From NCBI GenBank assembly GCA_964016885.1, contig OZ024761.1:8680001-8744000 (forward strand): a stretch of 64,000 nucleotides of DNA. The letters run 5' to 3'. Position numbers and translations under genes: made by a program. This stretch comes from Eledone cirrhosa (Eukaryota). Positions 1 through 12,900 of the stretch are shown piece by piece; within the stretch, counting starts at the first letter, position 1; each line of letters begins with the position of its first letter. A model generated the notes under the pieces. The model was not told the DNA's origin and searched no databases. It saw only the letters and a list, made by a program, of their open reading frames with translations.

Positions 1-1750
1 CGCTGCTGATCCTGGACTCGCAAATAGCCATTACATCCATTCTATGCGACCTGAGATCGTTTAAAAGTTTGCCTTGTTTCCAAGACAGTCCCAGGCCGCG
101 TACATTCAGACACCCAACTCTTATATCAGCCATGTTGGTTAAAAGAGGAAGGACCTACCTGTTCGGCTCCTGAGGAGCAGGTTGCACAATATTCATGGGC
201 GTATTGGAGGGGTTGTTTGGTGGGGTGTTGTTCTGTGGCGGAGTGGGGGTGTTTGGTGAGGTGTGGGTGGGGAAACGTTTCAAGAGGACGCGGTTATAGG
301 GTCGAGTACATGTTTTCCCCACGTCCTCAGGAAAGCTCTCTCTTAGTTTTGCATAGGTGTCCATTGGGAGTCTTATCATTTTTAAATGCGGTTTGTTGGC
401 CGCGCTTGCAAAGAATTGCCCTTCAGTTTCCACCGAAGGGTCTTTGTGTATTGTGTTATTTAAGGGGCCGTGTCTTGTGTTATTTTTCCGTGTTGTTTTT
501 GTTGTTGTTGTGGTGGTGGTGGCGGTGGTGGTGTGTGGGGTGTAGGCAAAAGAGCCTTTTTTTTTGTCAATTGAGGACAGGCAGCCCTTAGATGACCCCT
601 GCTTGAACAGTAGTAACATATGGGCCTCCTACCCTCGGCTGAAATGTATATAAATGTTTCTCCATCGAGGGACACCCTCTGTGGTATTCTAGCTATTCGT
701 TCTGGTCTCATTTGGACCAGAACCTCCACGCTCAAACTGCCAAAAACGTCTGTGGTGACTTCTCCTACTGAGAGGATTCCGTCCTCGTCTTCTAAAAATC
801 CTGTTAGTACCCAGGAAATGCATGCATTTGGCCGGATTCCGGAGACCCTTATTTTCTGTGTTCTTTTCCCTAAATATGTGGGGAAAAAATGTGTGTAGCT
901 TGGAAACAATTGGCGCCACAGAGTATTTCCTGGCCGTCAATTGATCCTTCATTAGCACCGTTATATTCCCATAGAGTGGCCCTTTTTGTATGAACGATAT
1001 ATCACTCCACACACTTTTTAGGACCAGCTCAATTTCTTTTTGGGATAATTGAGCTGGTTTCCTTGTTATGTTGGAAATTGTTCTGAAAGATATCGTTCTT
1101 AGTGTCGTGTCTCTTTTGATTTCTTGTGGGGAGGTGATTGTGAAGTCTCCTCCTTCTTTGAAAGTTACATACTGTTTTGCTTCCTTCATCTTTTCTCTCA
1201 GAGTTGTAATGTCCAGTTGCTTGCAGGTCTGTGTTTACCAGACCGCCTGTGCAAAGGAGGGACCAGTAGTGGGTTCGCTTTGTTTGGTGTTATCGTTATT
1301 TTTTCCTTGGTTGGTGTTGTGACTATTGCTGTTATTGTCGTTGTTGTTTTTGTCTGCGTTTATGTGACTTTCTGGGTTTTCAGCCATTTTTACAAATTTT
1401 TCTTTTAATTCCGTGTTCCATGTTTCTTTTGCAGAAGTGAGGAGGGAAGACTTAGAGCCTTGTGCTTCTAGCTTCTCTGTATCACCTTTCTTAGGGGGCG
1501 TGGCTTTCACGTTAGGATGAGATGTGAAAATTCCGTCCATTTCTATTAGTTTGCCGTAATAAATTTTTAACTGGAAAATTCGCCCCAAAAAGGGGCGAAA
1601 ATAAATAAACTCAAAGTTTGACGACCAAGGCAAGGGGTTAACGTATATTACAGTATAAAAAAATTAATCAAAACTCACTTTTGAGTAAGTAAATCCGACT
1701 CGGTAGCCGAGCTTGTTCACACACGTCAACACACGTCTCTCGTATACGAG
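1..1750 (-). mobile_element. Tx1/L1-clade non-LTR retrotransposon, copy 1 (5' region, disrupted ORF1, start of ORF2; runs off window)
   Basis: Near-identical to 18990-21055. ORF1 split into ORF-track pieces 1235..1633, 689..1189, 460..909, 155..619 by a stop, a 1-bp insertion and a ~331-bp deletion near 460; CCHC knuckle CYYCSSRGHLRAAC; ORF2 ATG at 133. Confidence 0.9.
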
Positions 1751-2773
1751 ATGTTATGTGAGATATTATGTGACGTAAAGCCTTTACTGTGAAAATACAA
1801 TAGTATATATAGAGTAATGTAAATGTTATGTGAGATATTATGTGAGGTAAAGCCTTTACTGTGAAAATACAATAGTATATATAGAGTAATGTAAATGTTA
1901 TGTGAGATGTTATGTGAGGTAAAGCCTTTACCTTGAAAATACAATAGTATATATAGAGTAATGTAAATGTTATGTGAGATATTATGTGACGTAAAGCCTT
2001 TACTGTGAAAATACAATAGTATATATAGAGTAATGTAAATGTTATGTGAGATATTATGTGAGGTAAAGCCTTTACCTTGAAAATACAATAGTATATATAG
2101 AGTAATGTAAATGTTATGTGAGATATTATGTGAGGTAAAGCCTTTACTGTGAAAATACAATAGTATATATAGATTAATGTAAATGTTATGTGAGGTATTA
2201 TGTGAGGTAAAGCCTTTACTGTGAAAATACAATAGTATATATAGAGTAATGTAAATGTTATGTGAGGTATTATGTGAGGTAAAGCCTTTACTGTGAAAAT
2301 ACAATAGTATATATAGAGTAATGTAAATGTTATGTGAGATATTATGTGAGGTAAAGACTTTACTGTGAAAATACAATAGTATATATAGATTAATGTAAAT
2401 GTTATGTGAGATATTATGTGAGGTAAAGCCTTTACTGTGAAAATACAATAGTATATATAGAGTAATGTAAATGTTATGTGAGATATTATGTGAGGTAAAG
2501 CCTTTACTGTGAAAATACAATAGTATATATAGAGTAATGTAAATGTTATGTGAGATATTATGTGAGGTAAAGACTTTACTGTGAAAATACAATAGTATAT
2601 ATAGAGTAATGTAAATGTTATGTGAGATATTATGTGAGGTAAAGCCTTTACCTTGAAAATACAATAGTATATATAGAGTAATGTAAATGTTATGTGAGAT
2701 ATTATGTGAGGTAAAGACTTTACTGTGAAAATACAATAGTATATATAGAGTAATGTAAATGGTAAAGGGTTAA
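1751..2773. repeat. 72-bp tandem array (~14 units) ending in piggyBac-like end (AAAGGG|TTAA)
   Basis: Unit ATGTTATGTGAGATATTATGTGAGGTAAAGCCTTTACTGTGAAAATACAATAGTATATATAGAGTAATGTAA; 24-aa periodicity in ORFs 1668..2783; terminus at 2767-2773. Confidence 0.9.
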
Positions 2774-2789
2774 TCGTCTTCACCTGCTA

Positions 2790-3180
2790 ATTCCTGGGTG
2801 GGTAGAGTCCTCAGACACACTTTTCAGAGGGTCTTCAATTGGTCCGGCTGGATCCTCAACAGTGTCCAGCCAAGCTCATGGATGTTATTCAACCACCTTG
2901 CTCGAAGTCTAACCCTAGGTCTCCAGCCAGTTGGCTTTGCCCATAAAATCTGTCCAGCGGTTCTTTCCTAAGTCATTCTAACCACATGTCTGTAATATCT
3001 AAGGTGTCATCTCTCAATTTGGAGAAGTAGCGTCTCTACCTGGAGTGACTCTCTCATCTCTGAGCTATGCCCTCTATTCAGTAAAGTTACTCCAAAGACC
3101 CTTTTGAAGAACCCCATTTCGGCTACCTGTGTTTGTGATCACATTCTTTCAGTCATTACCCAAGATAAATGACCATGGTA
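2790..3180 (-). mobile_element. Degenerate LINE 3' fragment (RTE-like)
   Basis: Similar to 39090-39450, whose ORF reads LQIERSQLQYYGYVVRM..GKRPRGSPR, a typical LINE ORF C-terminus. Confidence 0.6.
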
Positions 3181-3276
3181 AGAGTGTATAGTATATTATA
3201 GATTCACGGCTTTACTATATCTCATTCTACCCATTTATTACATTTCATTTTTCTTGTTGATAATTATATACTATAT

Positions 3277-3600
3277 AATCATCATCATCATCATCATTTT
3301 ACGTCCGCTTTTCCCTGCTTGCAAGGGTGGGACGGGTCCTATTCAGCACAGCATCTCTCCACTTGTCACGGTCCTTCGTCATCTCCTCGGTGAGTTTCAG
3401 CGATCTGAGGTCTGCTCTCACCACCTCCACCCATGTTTTTCGTGGTCTACCTCTACTGCGTCTTCCCTCCACTGGGATTTCCTGGCACGTCTTCACCCAT
3501 CAGTCATCCTCCATGCGCATCACATGTCCATACCATCTCAGTCTTCTCTCCTCCACACCACAACTTATCCCTCTTATACCCAGTTTCTCTCTCAACATTG
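3277..3600 (-). mobile_element. RTE LINE 3' end fragment with (GAT)n tail
   Basis: ORF 3299..3496 EGRRSRGRPRKTW...DRDKWR matches the C-terminus of the RTE ORF at 10358..13621; tail GGACGTAAAATGATGATG. Confidence 0.75.
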
Positions 3601-3665
3601 ACATTGCACATCCATATAAATTAATTTTCTCTTTCTTAAAATTTATTTTAGTAACTCTCAACTAG

Positions 3666-3826
3666 ACCAAACTGAAGATAATTTGCACAAGAAGAGCTTT
3701 TTGGATTTTTCTAAGGTCCGTTATGGGGGTCGCTTCCACGACTCCTTGGTGAATGATGTGAAGGCTCTCGGAAAAGTCCTTATCTTCTTCCTTGCCCTAA
3801 TACCCTATTGGGTGGTATATTTTCAG
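3666..3826 (+). CDS. SLC15A4: SLC15A4-like (POT/PTR2 peptide-histidine transporter) internal coding exon
   Basis: TAG acceptor at 3663-3665, GT donor at 3827; reads SFLDFSKVRYGGRFHDSLVNDVKALGKVLIFFLALIPYWVVYFQ, the conserved SLC15A4 segment before 'FQMQTT'. Upstream exons lie outside the window. Confidence 0.85.
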
Positions 3827-3864
3827 GTGAGACCTCTTTCTTCTTGTCTTCTCCCCCCACTTAT

Positions 3865-4235
3865 TCTTGGGAGCGTCGTTGGCAGCAGAGTCCTCAGATA
3901 TGGCTTCCAGAAGATCTACCAGTACACTTGGGAGGGTAATAGGGGGCAGAGACATAAGACAGATCTTCCAGAGGACCCCACCAGTATTCTTGGGAGGGAG
4001 AGGGTCATTGGGAGCAGAGTCCTCAGACATGGCTTCCAGAGGATCTACGAGTCCACTTGGCAGGGTCGTTGGAGGAAGAGCCCTAAGACATATCTTCCAG
4101 AGGATCCTACCATTATTCTTGAGAGGGTTGTTGGGGTAGGGTCCTAAGAAAGATCTTCCAGATGATCCCACCAGTAGACTTGGGAAGGTCATTGGGGGAA
4201 GAGTCCGAGGACATGTCTTCCAGAGGACCCTACCA
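3865..4235. repeat. Diverged ~63-bp tandem repeat
   Basis: Recurring GAGTCCTCAGACATGGCTTCCAGAGGATC...CTTGGGAGGGTC motif, about 6 copies. Confidence 0.7.
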
Positions 4236-4567
4236 GCAGCAATCGTCGTCATACAGTTTTCATCTGCCAAATTTCACTCATACGGCGTTGGTGAACCTAA
4301 CCAAAGCTCTAGTAGAAAAAGACACCTGTAAGATTGAAGCTAAAATTCCAAGGTTGAGAGACAAATTATTACTTAACCACAGAGCCGTGCCAAGTGCCGG
4401 ATTGAGGACAAATGAGGCCTTATGCTAGTTAAGTTGAGGTCCCTTACATGGGCCCTGAAGGAGGTAAAACATTTTCTTTTGCAGAAATATGAGCCCAAGG
4501 CCAAGGAAGTTTGGGCTCATGTTTTGTTTATAAGATTTTTGAGAGAATGATAATCATCAATACTTTG

Positions 4568-5052
4568 GTCGTGTTGATGTCACGACAAAAAGCAGCCAGT
4601 CCAAACTGTATTGTGGTCATGTTGGTGACACAACAAAAAGCAGCCAGTCTGAACTGTAATGTGGTCATGTTGATGTCACGACAAAAAGCACCCAGTCCAA
4701 ACTGTATTGTGGTCATGTTGGTGACACAACAAAAAGCAGCCAGTCTGAACTGTAATGTGGTCATGTTGATGTCACGACAAAAAGCACCCAGTCCAAACTG
4801 TATTGTAGTCATGTTAGTGGCACAACAAAAAGCAGCCAGTCTGAACTGTAATGTGGTCATGTTGATGTCACAACAAAAAGCACCCAGTCCAAACTGTATT
4901 GTAGTCATGTTGATGTCACGACAAAAAGCACCCAGTCCAAACTGTATTGTGGTCATGTTGGTGACACGACAAAAAGCAGCCAGTCTGAACTGTAAAGTGG
5001 TTGTGTTAGTGACACGACAAAAAGTGCCCGGCCCACACTGTAAAGTGGTCAT
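4568..5052. repeat. 48-bp minisatellite (96-bp dimer) derived from LINE/SINE 3' tail
   Basis: 16-aa periodic ORFs 4511..5056; same motif as 13770-13860 and, inverted, 54006-57675. Confidence 0.8.
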
Positions 5053-5150
5053 TTAGGTGCCAGTTTTCTTTTTAAATTTGTTTTTGCCATTGTAGATTCT
5101 GACCTTTTTTTGTCTTTTGTTTTCTCCCTCCCCCCACCTTCTGCTTCCAG

Positions 5151-5273
5151 ATGGAAACAACATTTTTACTGCAAGGCCTACACATGAAACTTACTATGCA
5201 CAATGGCAGTGAGAATGTTTTACAGAATAATGAATACAACTGCACAAAAGCATCAGAGGTTAACTACCCCAAG
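5151..5273 (+). CDS. SLC15A4: SLC15A4-like coding exon
   Basis: Polypyrimidine tract + CAG at 5148-5150, AAG|GTGAG donor; 123 nt phase 0-0; METTFLLQGLHMKL matches the SLC15A4 MQTTYVLQSLHL motif. Confidence 0.85.
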
Positions 5274-5424
5274 GTGAGCACCACTTACTTTGTCATTTTG
5301 GTTGGTACGCCCAGTATACTCTGTAAAGTTTGTTGGTGTCATAACAAAATGCATCTCTAATACACCCGGTAATGTGTTAGTTAGTGCTGGGTGCATTTTA
5401 TCCCGGCACCAGCACTAAAAATGT

Positions 5425-5710
5425 GGAGGCAAGTGGCCTAATGGTAAGGGTGTTGGACTTACGATCATAATGTCGTGGGTTCGATTCCTGGGCTGGGTTG
5501 TGTGTTGTGTTCTTGAGCAAAACACTTCATTTCACGTTGCTCCAGTATACTCAGCTGAAAATGGGTACCAGCAATTGCTGGGGGTTTAACCCTGCAATGG
5601 ACTGACGTCCTGTCCAGGAGGAGGTCTTGTACTCTCAGTCGCTTCACGCCCTGAAACCAGGATAAACACTGGTCTAACGAGCCTTCTGGCTTAAGATAGA
5701 CTTTAGACCA
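5425..5710 (+). mobile_element. tRNA-derived SINE
   Basis: A-box TGGCCTAATGG, B-box GGTTCGATTCC, followed by CTTGAGCAAAACACTT central domain. Confidence 0.7.
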
Positions 5711-6599
5711 GCACTAAAAAGGTTTTCATATCCTTGACTAGACTGAAGAGTTCTTTCAAACCTTTTTTTGGCACGGTTTCTATGGCTGGGTGTCCTTCCT
5801 AACACTCACCACTTTACCCACCCTCCTAACACTTTACACTAGAGGTTCTCAAACTTTTTGAGCACCCCCCCCCCCCTCATGGCCATGGAATACCTTCAGC
5901 ATCCCCACCCCTATTTCCAGAGAGACCTGCCTACTTGCAAATTATAATAAATAATAATTATAGTAAATATAGAGAAACATGGCTTAGTGGTTAGAGCATT
6001 GGCCTTGCAATCGAAAGGTTGTGAGTTCAATTCTCAGACCGGGTGATGTGTTGTTTCCTTGAGCAAGACACTTTATTTCACATTGCTCCAGTTTACTCAG
6101 CTGTAGAAATGAGATGATATGGACTGGGGTCCCTATCATTCCACTGCATTTTGTGTATGATTTATTTTTTAGAAAACTGGATGATGGAGCGCGTCTACCT
6201 GAAATGGAAAACAAACCGTTTTGTAAAAAGTGCTATACTTGAGCACGTGCGTAAGCATGTGTGTGTGTCTGTGTGTTATTATACGTTCGTACGAAGCTAA
6301 GAAGAAATGTGTGTGTATATGTAAGTAAAAGAGTGTGTGTGTGTATATGTAAGTAAAAGAGTGTGTGTGCATGTAAGTACGAAGCTATGAGCAAAAGTAT
6401 GTTAATATAAGGGTGTGTATACAGAGCTGTGGAGTGAGCATATATAGTCAGGTCTGTATTAGTCGTAAGAGAAGATGTTAATGATCAAGAGAGAGCGATA
6501 GGAATCTAGGGGTGAATGTACAAGCGTGTGTGATAATGGACGGGGTATTAGAGAAATTGGGGAGGTGAGTTGAGTCCAAGAGGGGAATAGGACCCAAGG

Positions 6600-7120
6600 C
6601 GGTGATTCAGACTTTGTTCAGTCCTGGTACGCGAGGCCTGTGATCCATGATGTAAAAGGACACCCAGGACTGAAACATGTAGGGAAGAATGGCGAGGAGA
6701 ACAGAAATGACGGGCAACAAGAGTATCCGAACCAAGTCTATATTTATGTTCCTCAAATGCTCAGCAAAACGGTCTGCCATATGGCGTCCCGTTTGTCCGA
6801 TGTATAAAGACCCGACCCGCAAAGGGAACACTGGAGAGCATAGACAACGTGGGTGGATGTGCAGCTGAAAGAGAGGTGGATACGGAAAGACTCGTTAGGG
6901 CCTGTAAGAGTGGTGAGGGTGGAAATGAAGGGACAAATGTTGAAGCGGGAACAAGAACAAGGATGAGAGCCGGGTGGAGAAGATGAGAAGGAACTGCGAA
7001 CCAGCAGGTCGCAGAGGTTGTGGGCCCACTTAACAGCAGTAATTGGTGGGTTTGGAAAAAAGCAAGAAGTGACGGGGTCAGAAGAGAGGATGCTGAAGGA
7101 TTCGGAGGATATGTCGCCGG
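6600..7120 (-). mobile_element. Penelope-like element (Neptune-type) GIY-YIG endonuclease remnant
   Basis: Frameshifted ORFs 6753..7160 and 6607..6831: NLCDLLVRS..PGSHPC..FSCTSTHVVYALQCSLCG / LYIGQTGRHMADRFAEHLRNI. Confidence 0.8.
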
Positions 7121-7339
7121 AGTGATGACGGGGTGGTAGGGGAGAGGGAAAGTAACGCATATATATATATATATGGAGAGAGAGAGAATGGAAGTGAGAA
7201 AGAGATATAGAGAAAGAATTAACCCCAGTACTTCACTGGTATGGTACTTTATTTATCGACCTCGAATGGATGAAAGGCAAAGTTGACCTCGGTGGAATTT
7301 GAACTGGGACAGCAGAGAGCTGAAACCAATACTGCCAAG

Positions 7340-8350
7340 TATTAAAATAATAATAATGAAAATATTGTGTACAGTGCTCAGGTGCACTACAACTCATCAA
7401 AAGGTGTATGTATAGTACATAGGGTAATGTACAAACGTCAGGAAAATGAACAGTGTATGAGTCATGATATGCACATGTGTGCATGTGTATGGAAGGGGGA
7501 CATCAGGTGTAGTTTTGGCAAATTTCGGGAAGCATGAGGGTTTTAAAGGATGCAGTGTCGCGGCAGCTAACAACTGATGCAGGCAGTTTGTTTCATGGAG
7601 GCCTTAAAGGATGCAGTGTCTCGACAGCTAACAACTGACGCAGGCAGTTTGTTCCATGGAGGCCTTAAAGGATGCAGTGTCTCGGCAGCCTCAACAGACA
7701 CAGGCAGTTTGTTCCATGGAGGCCTTAAAGGATGCAGTGTCTCGGCAGCTAACAACTGACGCAGGCAGTTTGTTCCATGGAGGCCTTAAAGGATGCAGTG
7801 TCTCGACAGCTAACAACTGACGCAGGCAGTTTGTTCCATGGAGGCCTTAAAGGATGCAGTGTCTCGACAGCTAACAACTGACGCAGGCAGTTTGTTCCAT
7901 GGAGGCCTTAAAGGATGCAGTGTCTCGGCAGCTAACAACTGACGCAGGCAGTTTGTTCCATGGAGGCCTTAAAGGATGCAGTGTCTCGGCAGCCTCAACT
8001 GACGCAGGCAGTTTGTTCCATGGAGGCCTTAAAGGATGCAGTGTCTCGGCAGCTAACAACTGATGCAGGCAGTTTGTTCCATGCTTCAGCAACTCTGAGC
8101 GTGAAAAATTGTTTCCGAAAGTCATGGGAGCTGTGCTGTTTTCTGACTTTGTAGGCATGTCCACGTGTGTTAGACACATGGAGATCAAAAAGGTGCTCAG
8201 GGTTGTTGTTGGCAAGATGGTTAATAACTTTGTGGGTGTTTACCAAGTCCATTGCCAGACGTCAGAACTTCAATGAATCCATGCCCAGGGAAGCAAGGCG
8301 TTCAGAGTATGGTAGGTGTCTGATGGAGGGTATGCGCTTGGTTGCACTTC
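7340..8350 (-). mobile_element. CR1/L2-type LINE 3' fragment with internal 60-bp tandem expansion (7545-8080)
   Basis: YSERLASLGMDSL and TRGHAYKVRKQ..RKQFFTLRVAEAWNKLP are CR1-type ORF2 C-terminal motifs; the WNKLPASVV region is repeated about 9 times. Confidence 0.8.
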
Positions 8351-8660
8351 TAACGACTGGGGTCCCTATCATTCCACTGCAAAGTAGTCGTGGAGGCGCC
8401 GCGGAAAAAAAGCACCCAGCCCTCACTGTAAAGTGGACGTGTAGGCGCCATGGCAAAAAAGCACCCAGCACTCACTGTAAATGAGGTTGGTGTTAGGAGG
8501 GCATCCAGCTGTAGAAATCAAGCCAGAATCAGTTCCCGTCCCACCCTTGCAAGTAGGGAAAAGCGGACGTAAAATGATGATGATGGTGATGATGATCCCC
8601 TTAGTAAAATAAGTTGGATTACATAATTTATCTACTAAATTTCGTGGTTGTTCATGAGAT

Positions 8661-9102
8661 ACTCCTCTCATGTAAACTATACTGCTTCTTCTCTCCCACA
8701 GATTGCTTTAGCATGGCTGTCACTCCTCTCTCATGTAAACTATACTGCTTCTTCTCTCCCACAGATTGCTGTAGCATGGCTGTCACTCCTCTCTCATGTA
8801 AACTATACTGCTTCTTCTCTCCCACAGATTGCTTTAGCATGGCTGTCACTCCTCTCTCATGTAAACTATACTGCTTCTTCTCTCCCACAGATTGCTGTAG
8901 CATGGCTGTCACTCCTCTCTCATGTAAACTATACTGCTTCTTCTCTCCCACAGATTGCTTTAGCATGGCTGTCACTCCTCTCTCATGTAAACTATACTGC
9001 TTCTTCTCTCCCACAGATTGCTGTAGCATGGCTGTCACTCCTCTCTCATGTAAACTATACTGCTTCTTCTCTCCCACAGATTGCTGTAGCGTGGCTGTCA
9101 CT
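8661..9102 (+). repeat. 63-bp tandem array of a 3' splice site plus exon start (7 acceptors)
   Basis: CTTCTTCTCTCCCACAG|ATTGCT repeated with potential exon starts at 8702, 8765, 8828, 8891, 8954, 9017, 9080. Confidence 0.95.
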
Positions 9103-9341
9103 TTGTGATGTATTGTTGATCTTCCTCTTCCTTCCTCTCATGGAGAAGGTCATCTACCCTTGGCTCGACTCTGTCGGCTACTCTGTCTCCTTAACCCAGC
9201 GTATCTCCATTGGAATGGTCTTCGCAGTGTTTGCAATGATCGCAGCTGGTGTAGTTGAGATGTTCCGCCTCAACACCATCTACTATGACCCTGATGACCA
9301 GTGCAACTGTCACATTATTGAGCAGACCATCGGCACTATTG
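9080..9341 (+). CDS. SLC15A4: SLC15A4-like coding exon (minimal form, last acceptor)
   Basis: IAVAWLSLCDVLLIFLFLPLMEKVIYPWL...QRISIGMVFAVFAMIAAGVVE, POT-family TM segments; G|GTAAGT donor at 9342, phase 1. True 5' boundary uncertain. Confidence 0.85.
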
Positions 9342-9344
9342 GTA

Positions 9345-9853
9345 AGTGGGGGGGGGTATTTGTGTGTGGGGGGGATGTGTGTGGGGGGATGTATGGGAGT
9401 GTGGGGGGAGTGTGTGTGTGTGTGTCGGAGTGTATGTGTGTGTGGGTGGGGGGAGTGTGGGGGAAGTGTGTGTGTATGCATGTGTGTGGGAGTGCGTGTG
9501 TGTATGCGTGGGAGTGTATGTATGTGTGTGTGTGGGAGTGTGTATAGGAGTATATGTATGTGTGTAGGAGTGTATGTTTTTGTGTGTGAGAGTGTGGTTG
9601 TAAATGTGTGTGTGTGGGAGTATGGGAGTATATGTGTATGTGGGAGTATATATATATGTGTGTGTGTGGGAGTATATATATATGTGTGTGTGTGGGAGTA
9701 TATATATATATATGTGTGTGTGTGGGAGTATATATATATATATATATGTGTGTGTGTGGGAGTATATATATATATATATATGTGTGTGTGTGGGAGTATA
9801 TATATATGTGTGTGTGTGGGAGTATATATATATATATGTGTGTGTGTGTGGGA

Positions 9854-9896
<43 letters not shown>

Positions 9897-9912
9897 GGAG
9901 TATATATATATA
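9345..9912. repeat. Compound GT/TA microsatellite (GTGTGGGAGTATATA)n, resumes at 14009-14718
   Basis: Same motif on both sides of the RTE LINE. Confidence 0.9.
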
Positions 9913-12900
9913 TTCATGTAACGTAATGTACATATTTTCCTTCATCTCTACCTCCACAATCCTAATTCCTCAATTCCTAATTCTAGCGTATTCATCTCTA
10001 CCTCCACAAACCTCAATTCCTAATTCTAGCGTATTTTCAAAACAATCCATATTTCGTATCAAGTCCAAATAGCCAATCTATCGCTAAAACAATCTACATC
10101 TTTTGTATTTATTAATTGTTAGATACGAAAGTTTTTGGTCGTATTGAACAGAACAAATTTTGTATTTTTGTTAATCGCTTGTTAAATGTGCAAGGACCCC
10201 ATTCAATCATTACCTCCTATCTAGCTACCCAACACCCCTCCCTCCCGCCCCCACGCACCACCACTGCTATTACGTGGACCAATCATAAGCCAGAGCCCCC
10301 ACGCATCACCAGTATTATTACGCGGACCAATCAGAAGCCAGAGGCCTATACTATCGCTTGCCTGGTTGCCTTTCGATATATGATGGATGGATGGACTGCG
10401 GAATCCTGGAGAGTGGAGGAGAGAGAGAAAAATCTGGACGCTCAGCGACAATGCCAAAGATAAAGACAAATTCACCTCTTGGACGAGAATGCGAGCACTC
10501 CTCATTGTTTCGACCGCGGACGGCTAACATAACCCCATCGACCCCCGCCCCCCACCGCCCCCAACCCCCAAACGCAATCCAAAACTTCAGAGTTGGTACC
10601 ATAAATGTAGGCACCCTAAAGGGTCGCGCTAACGAGGTTGTAGAAATGCTTGAACGTAAGGAGGTCGATGTTTGTTGTATTCAAGAGACCAGGTGGAGGG
10701 GTGGGTCTGCTAGGTTCATTGAGGGTAAAAAACGATGTTATAAGCTTTTCTGGGTGGGAAACGACGATGGGCTGGGTGGAGTAGGAATCATGGTAGCAGA
10801 AAAGTGGGCAGATAAGATAATAGACGTAAATAGAGTGAACGACAGAATAATTAAAATACGACTTGTCCTCAATAGAACTACGGTGACAGTAATATCTGCG
10901 TACGCACCCCAATCCGGACTGCCCGGCACTATAAAAGACAGATTCTATGAGACACTGATGCTAACTACCTCCCAAATATCCGACAGTGACTATATAATTA
11001 TTGCAGGTGACCTAAATGGTCACGTTGGACAACATTGTGACGGCTACGACGAAATCCATGGAGGCTATGGGTTTGGTACTAGAAATGAGGAAGGCTCCAG
11101 AATCCTGGAATTCTGTGATGCAAATAACCTAACTATCTGTAACACTAACTTCAAAAAACGTGACAATCACCTGATCACCTATAGATCCGGGGAACACACA
11201 AGCCAGGTAGATTATATCCTTACCAGAAGACGTGACAGAGTGTCTGTTGTAAACACTAAATCCCTCCCCCATGAAGAATGCACCTCCCAACATAGACTGA
11301 TAATTAGCGACCTCATAGTCAGGACGAGACGTACTCGACAGCAGAAGAGGACTATCCTCAGGAGAAAAATATGGAAGCTAAAGGACCCCACAGCCAGGAA
11401 TAAATTTCAAAGCATATTACTTGATGCTTTCGACAGTAAGGAAGAACATTTAGAGTCGGACAATATAGAGGGAGAGTGGGAATTTCTGAAAGCAAACCTG
11501 CTGTTGGCGACAGACGAAGTCTGTGGCTGGAGCAGGCCTGTAGGCAGGAGGAGAGTAACATGGTGGTGGAACAGTAAGGTGGAGGGGTCAATTAAGGCCA
11601 AAAAGCAGGCTTGGAAAGTATGGCGGGATGGGGGAAGTAGAGAAGACTATCAAGTGGCCAGGAGGGAAGCTAGGAGACAAGTGTACTTAGCAAGAAGGGA
11701 AGCTGAGGAAAGAAAGTTCAAGCATGTTCTACAACGCGATGACCAAAAACGTGAGGTGTTCAGGATTGCTAGGCAATGCGTCAAGGAAAACCGTGATATT
11801 GTCGGGGAGAAGTGTGTACTAAACGACGATGGCACACTTGCCATCACCGACGCTGATAAGAAGGTAGCTTGGAAGTGTCACTATGAAAGGCTACTAAATG
11901 AGGAGAATAAATGGGAGAAAGACAGTCTCCCCCATATCGACCCAATAGAGGGACCAGCAGTGTTAGTCGAGGGGAGTATAATAAGTAAGGCAATCAAGGA
12001 TATGAAGACGGGTAAGGCGGCTGGGCCTTCGGAAATAGTTGCTGAGATGCTGAAGGCATCTGGCACGGTGGGACACACCATGGTCACCCGCATAGTTAAC
12101 CAAGTCGTACAGAATGGGGTTGTTCCGAAGGACTGGCATAGCAGCATCATCGTTAACTGTTATAAGGGTAAAGGAGACGCCCTAGATAGGAGTAACTATA
12201 GAGGCATTAAATTAATCGACCAGGTCATGAAGGTCACGGAAAAAGTAATAGCGCAACTAATCAGAGAGAGAATTGACCTAGATGAAATGCAGTTCGGGTT
12301 TGTGTCAGGCAAAAGTACCACAGACGCTCTTTTCATAGTACGACAACTACAGGAGAAGTACCTAGCTAAAGGTAAACCCCTCTACTTAGCTTTTGTCGAC
12401 TTGGAGAAAGCCTTCGACAGAGTCCCCCGCTCCATTATCTGGTGGGCTCTTAGAAAACTAGGCGTTGACGAATGGCTTGTGAGGGCTATACAAGCCATGT
12501 ATAAAGAAACAGTCAGCAAGGTTAGAATTAACAACGAATATAGTGAAGAGTTTAGCGTAAAAGTTGGCGTCCATCAGGGCTCTGTTCTCAGCCCCCTACT
12601 ATTTATTATTGCCCTTCAGGCTATAACAGAGGAGTTCAAGACAGGCTGCCCATGGGAACTCCTATACGCAGACGACCTGACACTCATAGCGGAATCAATG
12701 GCCGAGCTAGAGAAGAAATTCCAAACATGGAAGCACGGCCTAGAGTCAAAAGGACTTAAAATTAACCTGGCTAAGACCAAAGTTCTAGTTTGTAGGAAAG
12801 AAAACAAGGCGGCAGTCCCATCTGGGAAATGGTCGTGCTCGGTGTGTAGGAAAGGCGTAGGTAGAAACTCCATTTTATGTCCTAAATGCAAAGTATGGGT

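Noticed and set aside
1668-2783. Long hydrophobic repeat ORFs (also 14956..15465, 21056..22287)
   Set aside because: Artefacts of the 72-bp array, open in several frames.
6175-6230. Hammerhead-like CTGGATGA...GAAA next to a PLE remnant
   Set aside because: Core has an extra base and stems I and III cannot be formed convincingly.
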